DNA of 61,838 bases, the filler included, from Dimorphilus gyrociliatus (lineage: Eukaryota > Animalia > Annelida), in assembly GCA_904063045.1 (NCBI GenBank). It is 4 parts of 4 records of this genome, joined end to end, with 100 filler letters (N's around TTAATTAATTAA, not from the genome) between each part and the next. Parts side by side here need not be neighbours in the genome. Positions count along the whole stretch, not along the records: positions 1 to 14,719 come from CAJFCJ010000235.1; 3 more parts are not named here. One strand, 5' to 3'. The notes under the pieces are model-generated. The model was not told where the DNA came from. It ran no database searches and worked only from the letters and a program-made list of their open reading frames with translations. Below are positions 1 through 14,012 of this stretch, piece after piece; position 1 is the stretch's first letter; each line of letters opens with the position of its first letter. The position numbers and the translations under genes were made by a program.

Positions 1-140
1 TAAAAAATACGAGAAGAATAAAGAACGACGAAAATACAATAGAAGGAGATCGATAATTGAATATTAAACATATACAAGTAAAAGAAAGCGTAAAAAAAAC
101 TGTAATATAAATAATATTGCTGTGTGCGTCACTAAACAAA

Positions 141-1345
141 TCAAAATAACGATAAATTTGTATGTTCGATAACGCAAGTTTTACAATATAATCTCACTGA
201 ATGATAAGCGTCTCTACTTATATGTTCGCACTGACGTAGGTTCAACTGCCTTAAGTTTGGACATCTAATCACTAAGGCTATTAAACCTGGATCAGTTATA
301 AGACACTTTTTTAAGCTTAGCCTTCGTAATCTGGTAGAATTTTTAGCCAATTCGAGGACGCCAGCGTCACTTATATTTGTATTTCCAATATCCAATGATT
401 TTAGGCGAGTGTTTAAACCAACTGATAATATTGATAGACCATAATCTGTTATTCTTTGGCATCCCCTCGCGTTTAAGTATCTTAATCTGTGACAGTGATT
501 GGCTATGCTTATTAAAGATATATCTGTGATGGAAGGACAGTTGCAGATTGATAAATAGCGTAAATTCGCTCTTGCATTCGATGCTAAACAGGATATAGAT
601 GGGTCACCGATACCCCTGCACTCTCCAACTGACAGCTCTTTTATATTATTGCACAATCTCACTAATCCGCATAATCCCTTATCCGTTATCAGCTGGCACT
701 TTCTTATGTATAAATTTTCTACGTTTGGACAATACTGGCCAATCTGTTCTAAACCCTTGTCATTCACTCTGCTTTCACTTAGATCGACCAATTTCAAATA
801 TACTGAACGATTAATAGATGGCGTTAACTGAAGATAGGTGACCATACTGCCAGAGACGTCTAGCGTCCTTAAATTAGGACAATTTGATAAGACTTTGCAA
901 ACGGATGAACTCGTAACCTTACTGCAACCTCTCAAACTTAGACTTCTCAATTCCGGGCATTTGCCCGCTATACACCTTACACCGTAATCCGTTAATCTTT
1001 TACAACCGGAAGAGTCTATGACGACACATTGTCTGCCCGCAAGCGAATTCAACGCTTGGTCGGCTTTCGTATTTGGTCCATGTAGAAATATACGCGTCTT
1101 TAATGAGGGAGCTTGAGCAGCTTTCTTCCACGATTTGCACACCATAGAGCATTTTATAATTTCTTTCGAATCCAGAAAGGAGAATATATAACTTAACAAA
1201 TAAGTTGGCATTTGATGAATTGTCCTTTCTCCGAAAAGTGTTGTTGAGTTAATACATTTCTTAATCCAGCTTGAGCATTTCTTAAGATCTTCGACACTTG
1301 AAAAAATGTCGGAAGCTATTCCCGAGCTGGTATCGTGACCACTAT
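141..1345 (-). CDS. FBXL7: F-box/LRR-repeat protein 7 orthologue, main coding exon
   Basis: F-box (MPTYLLSYIFSFLDSKEIIKCSMVCKSW) followed by Cys-containing LRRs; C-terminus CVIEHTNLSLF matches the FBXL7 ending CVIEHTNPAFF. Strong acceptor TTTTTTATTCCAG ends at 1346 (phase 1), so the first ~40 aa of the 141..1466 ORF are probably intronic. Confidence 0.9.
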
Positions 1346-1859
1346 CTGGAATAAAAAATATGCGTGAATGCAGGTGTTCAACGACGCTTGACCTTTTTTT
1401 TTCATTCATTCGAGACGCATGCCATAGGTGAGGATAATGGCGGTCGTGAGAACATAAAGTATACATTTAGAGTACTAAGAAGGGGGGTCTATGTGTTTTT
1501 GCTCGATGCTACGTTTCTCCGCTCTCTATCTATTTCTTATTCTATCGATAAACTATAATTCTATTTGACTTGTTTCTTACATTAAATAGAAATAGAAACC
1601 AATTAAATCAAGAATTTCAAAGAGTAAATAAAGTAAAAAAATTAAGAAAAGGGAAAGTAGCGTTTTTCTTATCTTAAAATTTCCCCATTTAGGTGAACAT
1701 AGGCTTCTCGTAAGAAAATTACGGTCTTGAAATCTTTTCAATTTACTATAGTGTAAAGAAACTTTTTAATTGCATAACTTACAAAAACGCCTAAAGGGCT
1801 CTAACAACTTTCGAACAAAGTCTGTTGGTGCGTGTATGTGTTGTTAGTATTGTATATAC

Positions 1860-1886
1860 AGAGAAAGAGAGAGAGAGAGAGAGAGA
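1860..1886. repeat. (GA)n microsatellite
   Basis: Direct GAGAGA run. Confidence 0.9.
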
Positions 1887-4800
1887 TGGTGAATGAATGG
1901 AACGATCCCACTAATTTTTTTATCCTACGGACATTTTAACGCTAAGAATTTATCAAAAAATCTTTGTCACTCGTTAAATAGAATACTAAACATTGTTCGT
2001 TTTATAATAAGGCGTTACTTTTTTCTTCCGTTAACCCTAATAAAAGTGACTAGAAAACAAAAATTAATTGTAATATGTATACTTTATAGCATATGATCAA
2101 TATCCGCTTGCAAATAACGGACGACAGATTTTCATGCCAGATTCAGTGTTGTGCAAATACTCTAGAAGAGGGATTAATCGCCCATAATACATATACAACT
2201 TGCAGCTGCTGTTCACTTGAAAAATAATTGAAGGCGGTATAAAAATACCGGTCTAACCCTTTTGATGATGTTTTTAAGGTGGGGATTACTTAAAAAAATC
2301 TGCGGCAGATCAAATATAATACGTATAGTACGTAAAACACGTGCGTCTAAAGATTATTCCGTTTCGTTGCATATTTATATAAATAATTATAAAGAACATT
2401 TCTTAAATTCTTATTATTCAATCGGCCCTTATTCATTATCACCTCCATATAAGAATAAATAGATAAAACATCAAATCAATAGAAATAAGGTTATAAAAGG
2501 TTATGAAGAAATAGATTAAAACTCTAATAGAGAATGAAATGAAAACAATAAATATTTAAATATACATTTCTTTTCTATGGAAAACACGATAATAGGAATT
2601 TCTAGCTATCTATCCATCTCTCTTCAATAAAAAGGAATAATTTTACGGTAAAATTCTAAGCAATTAATCATTTTAGTTAGATTGTGACATCAGTTTGACA
2701 GTGCTTAAAAGGGCACATAAAAAAAAGAACATAAAAGCAATAATTCCCGTCCCATCCACCTCAGATGCACAATGAAAGAGACTTGAAGTATTTAAACGAA
2801 AGAAAAGGGTTAAGAAATATTTTATGTATCAATTTATCTTATTTTTTATATTCAATTAGAGTGATATTAGGGGTAATATTGTATAGGTAGTTTTTTTCTG
2901 GATCATTAATTAAGGAATTCTCTATGTTAGCTATTCAAAAGAAGGAAAAAAAATAAGTCAAGTGGGTGGTAATAATCGATTAAAATTGGCTCGCTAACGA
3001 CGCGACTTGTGGTTTTTTTTTCTTCTTCTTCTTAAAGGAAATACTAAGAGGACAGGTGCCAAGTTTTCAAGATATATTTACTTTCGAATCGTGTAGCACC
3101 CCTTTGAAGTAGGCGGGAATTTAATGTACTTGAAATTTATCGTTTGGTCGAGGGCGCGTGCGGGGTGAGATCGTAAGGATAGATAAGGTTTATGGTTGCA
3201 TTCCAATAAGACCTCTATACGGGCGGCTCTTTTATATATATTTTCGATAGATGCTGCGATAACGTTATATGGTTGTCAACGTGTGTTTTGCGTAATTATA
3301 CACAATATGCCCTTAAATAAGCAAATACATAATTTTCCATCTTTTTTCTCACCCTCATTTTAACCCTTAAAAAGGAAATCGTTAACGGGGGTTAGATTGC
3401 GGACTTGTCACGTGATTTATTACTAGCTGTTGAAAGGCGAAACAGGAAAAACTTCCTGTCCACTTTTCTTCACCCAAAGGGGCGAAAGGAGCGGGGAGTC
3501 GGAAGAAATTAAAACTATATAAATAATGTCCTCCCACAAACTTCACAGCGAATTACGCATAGTTAAGGTAAGCCAACTGGAACAAAGTATTTTAATATTT
3601 GACAAGCGTCTCAGTATGTGGTTTGTTACGGCTGTCAAAACTCTCATTCATGGGCTATAGACTATATCTTAGCCTTAAAAGGAAAAAAACGAAAGGTGAA
3701 GAAGTTCCGCTATTTTCCTATTCCTCTTATATACAGACTAACGCGTTCGTATACGTAATTATTATCGCATTTTCCGTTTGAACAACCGGTAATAAACCGT
3801 TATTTGAAAAAGGCGGGGAAAATAGCCTCATTCGTGCTCTGCTTCCGTCACCATTTTTTAACGATCATTCTAGTGGTCTATTTTTTAAGTTGTTGCAATA
3901 AAAGGCACCAAATCTACCGATGATAATAAGACCTTGAAAGCTTTTTTGTGACATGTTTTTTATTTATTTTCGATTCGGCATGAATTGTTTAATCGGTCGG
4001 CAAAAAAGAAAGCAACTAAAAAGATACTAGGTGAAAGAGAGCGAGAGGGAGAGGGAGAATGAGACAGAATGGGGGAGAGAAGAGATTATTCGGATTGTCA
4101 GATTTTTAGCTCATTTAGCACCTGTTTCGGTCGTTTTCCAACCTTTACGACCCTTTTAGTTTAACGAGCGTTTCGAATGGGTTTTTCTTTCATTTTCATT
4201 TTGATTTTATTAAATTCCTACGGCCTATAAAATCGTGTATCTTACGTAATTGGATTAAGATTTTGGTGTATTTCTTCCCTTCTGCACAATTAGTTTCTCT
4301 TAATAGAACTATTGTCCTAAAAAACGAAAATCGGTATCTGTAACTAAGCGATCGACTTTTCTTACATTAAGTAGAAGCTTGTGGTTGTACTTTTTAACGG
4401 ACGCACTAACACTGATTGTGGAATATAAACAAACCTTTGCAACTAGGAGAGAAGTAATAAGAACTTTAAACAAGATCAAAAGTCACCGAGTCTGCTCTCG
4501 TTATCAGCTTTGTATGATATTATTTTTCTCTTCAAGTACTAGAATCGGGACTTTTATACATATATACAGTGTATAGATATCTTGGGATTTTTTTTTGTTC
4601 AAATAGGCTTGGTATTGGCATCAATAACTATTCGCAGATAGTTTAGGAATAAGTGGAGGGGGAAGGGAAAGGGATAGAAAGTTTAGGTCAATTCAATAAA
4701 TATTTAAATTCATATTTATAATAGAAAAAGTGAAACGTCAATTGCGAATATATTTTTTAAATTGAAAGGTTAAAAATAGATATCAAGTTAATTTACTTTC

Positions 4801-7364
4801 TAAAAGCTTGTCTTTATCTTGTATAGTTTAAATAAATTTGAACAAGACATTCAAGTGATTCAAGTGAAAAAAACGAGAAGGAGTGAAATATTTCAAGTAA
4901 AGGAAGAAAACCAGTAGTCGATTCTTTTTCTAGTGCACTTAAAGTTTCTTGTTTTCTACTCTTTTCCCATTAAGGAAAATTAAAAGGAATTTCTTTTTTA
5001 TAGGCTTTTTTATTGACTTTATTGGATCTTTTAAAACGTCATATAAAAATATTATAGACATTGAACAGAAGGGGTAAGAGGAGTGTGAGTGGGTGAGATG
5101 ATGTATATATATAGACAAAAGTTAACATAAAATGACGTTAAATAGTAATAATAATAAAAGAAAAGAGTACAATTTTTTGGGCCAACTGAGAAAATGACCA
5201 GCGGTCAATAGTCAATTCCGGCGAATTTTCTCCGCCTGTCTGATTTCATATGAGAAGTATAAAGGCTTACGTTTACTTAAAGAATTCAGGATGGCTTCAC
5301 AGGTGCGAAATTAAAGGGGAATTTTTTGCATCAAGAGCTAAAGAGTCTCCTACTTAATTTTTAAAAGATTAAACTCTTTCGTGCCGATAAAGTATTAAAC
5401 GTGGAGAGGCGTTTGAAAAAAACAACGTTCACGTTTCTTTGATGAAGTCGCGAACTTCTGGCGCATGTCAATCAAACCGTAAAATTAGTCGCATCTGGCT
5501 GCGTTGAAGTCGGCCAATTAAGGGAATACACTCTTTGTGCATTGCTATAAATTTCAATTTTTTTCAATCGACGCCTATAATTCATTAAAGTAAGGGGGTA
5601 AGAAAAGGAGAAAATTTGTAGGCGGCTAGTGGGAATGCGGGCCAATTTTTAAAAGGGTCAAAAAGGGTGGAAGACGAGAAAATTAGCTTGCTTAAGAAAA
5701 ATTCCCCTAATTAAAAGGCCTATGGTCTAAAACCGTTTTTTTTTCTTTTATCAATCTAAAAGAAAGACAGGCGTCTGAGATGAAGGCTTTACGATAGTTG
5801 AATCCCACACAAAGAGAAAGATGAATTGCAGGCATTTAGGTATATTCGACTGTTGAACACGACCTTACAAGCTGGCCCTTTGAAGTACCGCTTCTTTTGA
5901 AACCCACTGCCCACCTGACCTAGAGCTTTTGGGGCATGTTTTTTAATTAATTTTTTCGCAAGAGGTGACTAGTCGTTACTGAAATACAGCTCGTTAATTT
6001 ACCTTCGGGGTCGAGCGGTTACCAACACACCATAAATTCATCCCAACCTTTCTCCCTTTCGCCGAAAAGCATAAAAAAATAACCTAGACCATAGGCCTAT
6101 ACACCGTCCCCGACATATACTTGTCAATTACGGACAGCAGCTACTTATGTTTCCTTTTTTTCGGAAGCGAAATTCGTTAAAGTACGTATTCTAATGACTA
6201 TTTGATGCGCACTATTTTACTTCTTTCTTCTTTTGAATGCTATAATTATTTAGGGCACGTGGGCACTTAAATTTCCTCTTTTCAACTGTTCTTATTAAAT
6301 GGGGATAAAACAAGGTAAAAAAAATACGATCTGAAGGTTAGTGTCGTATGCTTGACGCATCATACCTTATAGACATCAAAGTTGCCGCAAAAAATCTGTT
6401 GCGCGATCAACTACGTCATATTCTTTCGGTTGATTACGCAACTTATAGCGTAATATTCTGATTGCGTAATACATCCTGTGATATACTAAACCTGTGAGAG
6501 GAAGTTATAATATTCTAAAGGAAAATGAAAGATTCACCCCCCATTCGAAAGGCGAAGCAAAGAAAAATGAATAACGAGGAAGAGGAAGAAGAAAGGAGGA
6601 AGAGAGGGAAACCTTGACAAATTACTGCTGTCGGCACCTACTGAGTATATGCATGAATATATGACGTATACAATGCAATATCAAAGAGGCCTATATTAGC
6701 CAGGGTCACGCCTACATCCTGCAGCGCAGTGGCCTAAACGAGAATTTTATGAGATTTTATGAAAAAAAGTGTCGTAAAATATTTCCTAAACAAGTTTAAA
6801 TCCGATAATAAATAGATACAAAACTTTTCCTATATGACTATAATCATTTTATCTCTTATTCGACTTAATCCTGTTGGATATTTCAAAAATAAAGAAAGAA
6901 AAATACATAACCAATTATTATTCTCATTTGTCGTCTATATGCATAAATTTGCATAATTAATTATACAAGAGAGATTGTAAACAAAAGTAAGCTTTTTATA
7001 GACAGTTATAAAGTTCAATTTTCTCTTTCCACATTTTGTTCCATTAAAGATATAAAAAAACTGGTTTTATCCAAGAAGCGAAAGACAAAAAAGTTATTAG
7101 AGTATAAAGTTCACTAGTTAGATACTAGGAATATGGACTTTCAAACGAGCACTAGTACGCGGACAAAAATAAGAATCTATAAAAGCCTATTGGAAAATAT
7201 TCTTTTCCATTCAAAAAAAATGGAAAAAATATTTGACCTCCGTAAACCGAGTAATTCCCTGGGCAACGTTCAAGAATTTAATTTTTTTTAATGGATGTGT
7301 ATATTCCGTATTTTGGGGATTTAAAAATGCGAAAAAAACGGAAGTGTTAAAAATTTCAACATAC

Positions 7365-7512
7365 CAGCTTCGAACAGGTCGGCAATAACGCTTCCCCAAT
7401 CAGTTGACGTATATCTCCCAGAACTTTTTCCTCCTTTCGGCGAATTATATAATTCATCTATAGTCAATGGTGAAAATGAAGTCTCCGAAAAAGTTTTATC
7501 TCTAATCTCCAT
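7365..7512 (-). CDS. Candidate first coding exon of FBXL7 (MEIRDKTF...ADLFEA)
   Basis: ATG at 7512; 148 nt ending at a G/GTATGT donor in phase 1, matching the phase-1 acceptor at 1346 (joined ...DLFEA-D-SGHDT). Inferred; no transcript data. Confidence 0.5.
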
Positions 7513-9307
7513 TCCTTCTTTCTTACGTTTCCGTGACTCGAGTGACGACGATTCCCCTCTACGGTTCGAAGGGGGCGCTGTCTAACTTTTTAGAGAGGAG
7601 GGGGTAAAAAGCGACCACCACGTGACTTGAACGCCGTATAGGGAACAATGGTCTATTTGGTTGGGGAGCGCGACTAATCGACCACAAAAAGGATTGTAAT
7701 TGAGTTCTGCTGATGCGCAGATGTTACTGTCTGTTTCCTTTCTATATTTTTAAAAGATGATAAAAGAAAAAGGAAGTTTTCCCTTATCCGCTTCATAAAT
7801 ATGGGTGGAGTTTGATTTTTGGTTGATCTGTTCAAGAAAAGCTGCTAATTTCACCTCAGTGGGAGTTTAATAACAGTAATGGCGATTTGATGTATATATT
7901 AGGGGTCTAATTTTGTCTTGAGGCATATTGCATGGGGTATTACCTAAGGCATTTCCCCCACCCCTTAGAAAATAAGAGTGAATTGCGTATTCATAAATAA
8001 TTATATACATTTTACTCCACAAGAATCACACTGCTTGACCAAACAGAACGCATCTCATTATATATCTTAGAGATTGAAACATTGTTGATAACAGATAGGA
8101 AAGTTTCACATTTAAATAAATAATTATATAGTCACTTCCTTGAACGTCTCTGTTGTTTAATAAATAAAACACTTTATTATCTGTTCTTATGTAATAGTGT
8201 ATACTTTCTTATCAGTTGTATTCTGTTGAATAGAAAGTAAGTGACAGAGACCTACTCTATCTAGTCTATAATTTAGATTGTATTATTTAAGAAGTAAAAA
8301 ACTTTTGGAAGAGAGCAGAAAGAGAGTAGAGAGACTTTTTACTCTTTAACTCTCCTTCTCCTCCTTATCCGATATTCTTTCTTTCTCTTAAAACTTCAAT
8401 ATCAAAACAATAAACAAAAAACAACTTTTAAAAAGACAAATAACATATTTTATTTTACTCTATTTGCTCTCTTGAGGATGATAATATCGGTTAAAAGTTT
8501 ACTATCAGAGGTTTCGTTCAACTTTTCATTAGGTCATACGACCCCAACAGGACAAGGTTGCAAAGTATAGATGGCGCTAATTACCACTTAGTGGACATCT
8601 ATTGGTTGAATATGAATTAATAGCATTAACGAAAGGGATTATCATTGAAAACACAAATGACGATAGTAATATTGAAAATTAATTAATTGACCCATAAGTA
8701 ATAGATATAATAAAGGAGGCAAAAAAAATACCCCGTTATTGAAATCTAGGTGGCGCTCTAGTAGATATTTTTGAAATTTTGAAAAGATTGTACTTGGTAA
8801 TAGTTTATTAAAGAAAGATCAGATATATAATTAAAGTTATTTAAAAATTAGCACTTGGAAAAAATATGCAATTAAAATTGTTCTAGTTTTGTATTTTTTC
8901 ATATTTTGAAATATTAATATTTCATATAATTTATATTTTTTTACCGTTAAAAAAATCAACTAAATACTGCGAGGCACGTGCCCCGCATAAAAAATAACCC
9001 TGAGGTGAAACAATACGCGCTATGGGCCTCACGTAATAAATTAGTCCCAAATTTTCATCATTAAATACTTATGAATTATTTATTTATTTGTTGATTAGAT
9101 GACTTAAGAAGGGAAATTTGAAATGTAAACGGAGGAAAAAACATTATCTAATGTTAAATAGCGCCTTAAGGATGATTTTAAGAAATTAATTCATTAGCGT
9201 AGGCCTATTATGTAAGACGCTTGTTTTTTTGGCGGGTAAAACGGGCCTATTTTTTATTTTTTTTAACGTCTGTTATCATTAGTACGCATATTGTTTTCCT
9301 GGACAAA

Positions 9308-10038
9308 ATGGAGATGAGACCATCGAACTACCGTGCTTTTAATTTGTGGGAGAATTCGTGGCCACTAGATCTTTGGCCAGAAGTGGTTGAGAAAACTAAA
9401 GGAGCAGTGGTGGAACCAATCCAACGGTTTAGTAAAACTTTTATTCCAATGGCTAATACATCATACCACCCTATAATCAATCAGAAGCCATTTGTCATAT
9501 TTGCATTCTTAATTAACTTTCCCTTTCATTTTTCTCTTTCAGCCGACCAACTATTATTTGCACATTCTGCAATGGTCCAAACCATACTAGGAAGAGCTGC
9601 TATGTCCTGAAGCAGACACTCTGTCCTATTTGTCTGAAAAATGGTCACACACTCAGACATTGTAATTTTTATAAAAATCCGGAGCGTCTTCGTCAAATGG
9701 TCTTAAGCTACTGGGCATCTCTACCAGTGTCTGTTCAGATGTCTCTATCACAAAGGGCACTTGACGCCGGCGTCTACGACGTATTTCCGATAACTTTTAA
9801 CGAGACACTTTTAAACATGGCTCGAGACCCGAAGTTTTGCGGTTATAGCGTCGCATCGGCCGTTCGCCATACTTACAGCGAAAGTAAGTATTTTTCAATA
9901 GAAACTATCATTTTCTAATGTTAAGTCTTTGAAGTTGAGCAATATTTGCTCTGCTACCAACAGATTATTATTTGGCGCTCTACCATTAGAAGGCAGACAT
10001 TTACAACTTCATTCAGATATCCGCCATTTTATAAGTAA
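9308..10038 (+). CDS. Double CCHC zinc-finger protein, nanos-like or zinc-knuckle RNA-binding protein (~190 aa; exons 9308-9426, 9543-9883, 9926-10038)
   Basis: Spliced frame gives CTFCNGPNHTRKSC-YVLKQTL-CPICLKNGHTLRHC; GT-AG sites keep phase across all three exons; the exon 3 model (42-nt intron) is the least certain part. Confidence 0.7.
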
Positions 10039-10486
10039 GCATAACTTAGTATAACGTAGTGTTTAGTTTACAAACTTGCATAAACTTTCTATTTCGCCTG
10101 ATATTGTTATATTGTTTAAAGACAAACAGCTTCTTTAGTTTTCTATAACTCATATATATCTTTATCTTTCCGTTTAGTGCTTCTCATCTTTTTCATTCAT
10201 ATATTGTGCCTGCTTGCTTATATGAATAAAATACATCTTTGCTTTAGTTTTTCACATATTCCTACATTAAGCAAGTTTATTAAATATTTTTTTTTTAAAA
10301 AAAACGACACGTATAAACACAGCAAAAAAAAAAACCCAGATAATATGATTAATGTTTGTTTATATGACATCAAACAACTTTCTTTTTTTTAAAAAGCGTC
10401 TAAAAATTCTAATTATAATTATTTTTAAAAAAAAACATATTATACTTTGTTTGACAACGATATTTTCACTTTTCTGTCGGTATATT

Positions 10487-13400
10487 TTAAGTTAATCTTG
10501 AACTTCGGCGTCTAGAAGGTAAGATTGAATCAAGTCTGTGGTAGTTTGTTAATCTCCTTCCATTTAGTACCCTCTTCACTATTTGGAATAATTAGTTCAT
10601 ATTGTAAAGGCATTGTGTAAATTGTAAATGATAAGAGATAAAATAATTACTAGAAATCTTCTTTCTTCTTCTCTCTCTCCTCCAACATTCAACACCTCTG
10701 CAGGCTTTAAGACTTTCTAACGATTCAATTAGTTGTTGAAGACGAGACGGTGTTAAATTTCGAATAGCGTTCACCAACTGTAAATAAACATTGAGATAGT
10801 ACTAATTAATTAGACCATAGGCCTTTTAATTAGCTAAAAGTATAAAACTAATTTATTGCTTGTGTATCATTTATGCAAATAAAGGTAGATAAACACTTTA
10901 GTAGGAAATGGCTGTTTTGCGTACGTGATAGTATTCAAAATATGTAACATTTGATAAAAAACGGAATTATAGAAATATTATGCAATAAAGTTATTTTTAA
11001 TTCGATGTGTATATGCTTGCAAAATGCAAGGATCCACGAGAATCCGTTTAAGATTTATCGGTGAACGAACTGTCGATGACCTGAAGTATGAAGTCATTGA
11101 ACTTCTACGCTAGGTCGTACAAATGTTTCGGTGTCTTGGGAGAACCTACCGCCCCTATATGTAATAATAAATTAACCTCGTCCATAATAAAAAAATATTT
11201 ATATCAAGGTCAACGGACTATTTAGAGAGTTACTACAGATATGGAGTACTACATTCAATTAATTCATGAACCAGGCTAAAAAAGAATAAAATATTAAAGT
11301 GAAAAGATCAACGACTCTGCTGTCGAATGAATAATGATTTTAGTACGATTGAATAAAATTGAGTGTTTTTCTATTCTTAAAAAAATTAGTAATGATAGAA
11401 TGATATAAAGTATTTTAAATAGGCTTCTATTTTTATACCTGATGCGGATCCTTTTGAAAGTCATAATAACTGTAGAACCCAGTGATAAACTCGCAAAATA
11501 GGAAATTATGAGTGTCATTTACGGTCCTCAGACACCAATATGTATTGTTATTAGCATTCGAACAAAAACATATTGGATCCACTGAAATTGAAGAAAAAGG
11601 AGGCAAATTGTTAATGTATTTGATAGATGATTTAAAAATTTTTCAATATTCTATTTAACGCTAGAACTAATTACGATTCCAAAATGGTGCCGTGGTCCAA
11701 TGCTTATTATCCATATAATGACATTCAACACCGGTTACTGTACAAGAAGGATGTTGCCGTCTAGGTAGTTTTCTCTTTCTTTTCCTATGTTGGCGAATCC
11801 TTGAGCTTCGTCTGGTTCTAACTAGATTAAAATACCAAGTCTTGCGTCAATACTACAAATGATGAGATTCAAATAAAAATTGCTTTTTTTTTAATTTTCT
11901 CGGAATCATCTATTGTTTTTATGATAGTTTAATTATTATATATAAATAAATAGTCGCTCCATCTGTCGCTCTTTTCCATTTCGCCAATCCAATAATATTC
12001 AAAAGTCATTGGGTAAAGCTTAAAACTCATCTTACAGTCATATACACTTATAGCAATCGTCTACACACCTCTAAATTTACTTAATAAAGGCGTAATATGT
12101 ATAATTTGATCATTTAATTTCAAAAACCTCTGTTATTTTAACAGCAAAGTTCAACAGTGTAAAAAGAAAAGAAAGGAATAGAATTTATAAAATAAGAGTA
12201 ATAAGATTAACAAAATAATTCACTTACTTTTCCATAAAGGTTCGGTTTTCCAATGCTCTCTGTCATGTTCAAAACATTTCATCCCTTTTTCGTCGCATTC
12301 TATTCTTCTCTTTGGTCTGATCGATCGTGTTTTTCTTCTTTTTCGATTACAATTACAAGTTTTTGCCATTGCCATCAGCTTCTTTTGAAATTTCTCCTGA
12401 TTCTCCTTAAAAGCTTGACTATTTGTCTCATTAACAATCCGCTTAAAATCTCTTACATTTGTTCTTATAATTCGTAAAAGTCTCTTATTGATTAATTTAT
12501 GCTTTTTACATTTTCTCAATAAACAATTAGATATTTCTGAGAAATTTGGGCAACGTTCTACTGTTAATTCGCCAAACTGATCCTTGACGCAACGAAAGCC
12601 TCTATTAGTTGTACAGGGACCGTTATATTCTAATCTCTTGCAGACAACCTTTTTGCGTTCTTTTTTGCTAAGATAAAGATTTTTTTTTGCCTCTAATTTA
12701 TCCCTTAGGCCTCTGTTTTTATCCGTTAGCTTTCTGTAAGTTAAGTAAAAATAGTTTGAAATCTAATTGGATTACAGTAATAATTAAAGCACATATGAAA
12801 CAGAGAACAAACCCTCTTTCAATTAGAATAGTGTGTCTCCACCCATTTTTTCTCTTAACAGCATTTCTGCCATCCTTTTTGATATAATTTGCCTTTGCCT
12901 TCGCCTTCGCGAACAAATGCAATATTGATCTACCATCCATACCGCTTGGGGTTTCAACTCCCCCAATGTCCAAAAGTGTGGGAGCTATATCCTCGTTAAC
13001 AATTATATCTTCAAAAATTGAATTTGTAGGAACACCGGGACCCCTGATATAAAACGGTACTCGAATATCGAATTCATATGGCATTGCTTTGCCCTAAAAG
13101 TACTTCGTAAGTTAGAATATACAACTAATTAATTATAAATACAATACGATCTTATGAATAATGTAATTAAAGTGCCTTGATTTTAACGACTTGATTCTGA
13201 CTTACGACGTACTTTTAAAAGACCAAATTGACCCAAATGATATCCATGATCGGACGTGTAGATAATATATGTTTCGTCTAATATATTAAGCTGCACCAGG
13301 GTGTCGTAAATCTCTTTCACTAGCTCGTCTACACTCTGTAGAGTTTGTAGACGCTTACGCTGTAGAGTATTTGTGAAGCTTTTTTGTATAGGTTTCATCT

Positions 13401-13948
13401 TGCCTACATATTGCAAAATCCATTGTTTATCTGGATTAGGAGCATAATTCCAAGCTGCTGTATGATGATCCGTATTATTTGCGAACATATGTCTATGTCG
13501 TTCGGCAGCGTCTTCCGGACCATGTGGAGCTGGAACTGCTGCTACAGCCAAAAAAGGCTGCTTATTAGAATTTCTGACACTATCTTTAATAAAACTAATT
13601 GTTTCTCTCTTAATAACATCTGTAAAATAATCACTTTCTTCACTACCATAATGAACCAATGAGCCGTTTCGTCGAACTTTATAATTATAAAATTTTGAAT
13701 TTTTATATAATCCCATCCAATTATCCCATCCAGGAGGAGTATAATTGCCTAAAATATTTATTTAAATACTTTCCAATGTAGGACGTTCTATAATTAGCAA
13801 CATCCTGTAAATAAGTTGCAAACGTTTTCTTTTCATGAATCTGTTTTAGAGAGTAAAAAAGAAAATTTATTAAATTATAAGCAATCCTTATCAGTACGAT
13901 TAAATTATATTCTTAAAATAGTTATATCATACATATAAGTATATATAC

Positions 13949-14012
<64 letters not shown>

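Noticed and set aside
1346-1466. N-terminal 40 aa of the 441-aa FBXL7 ORF as real coding sequence
   Set aside because: A strong acceptor lies at 1346, and the upstream part looks like intron that happens to be open
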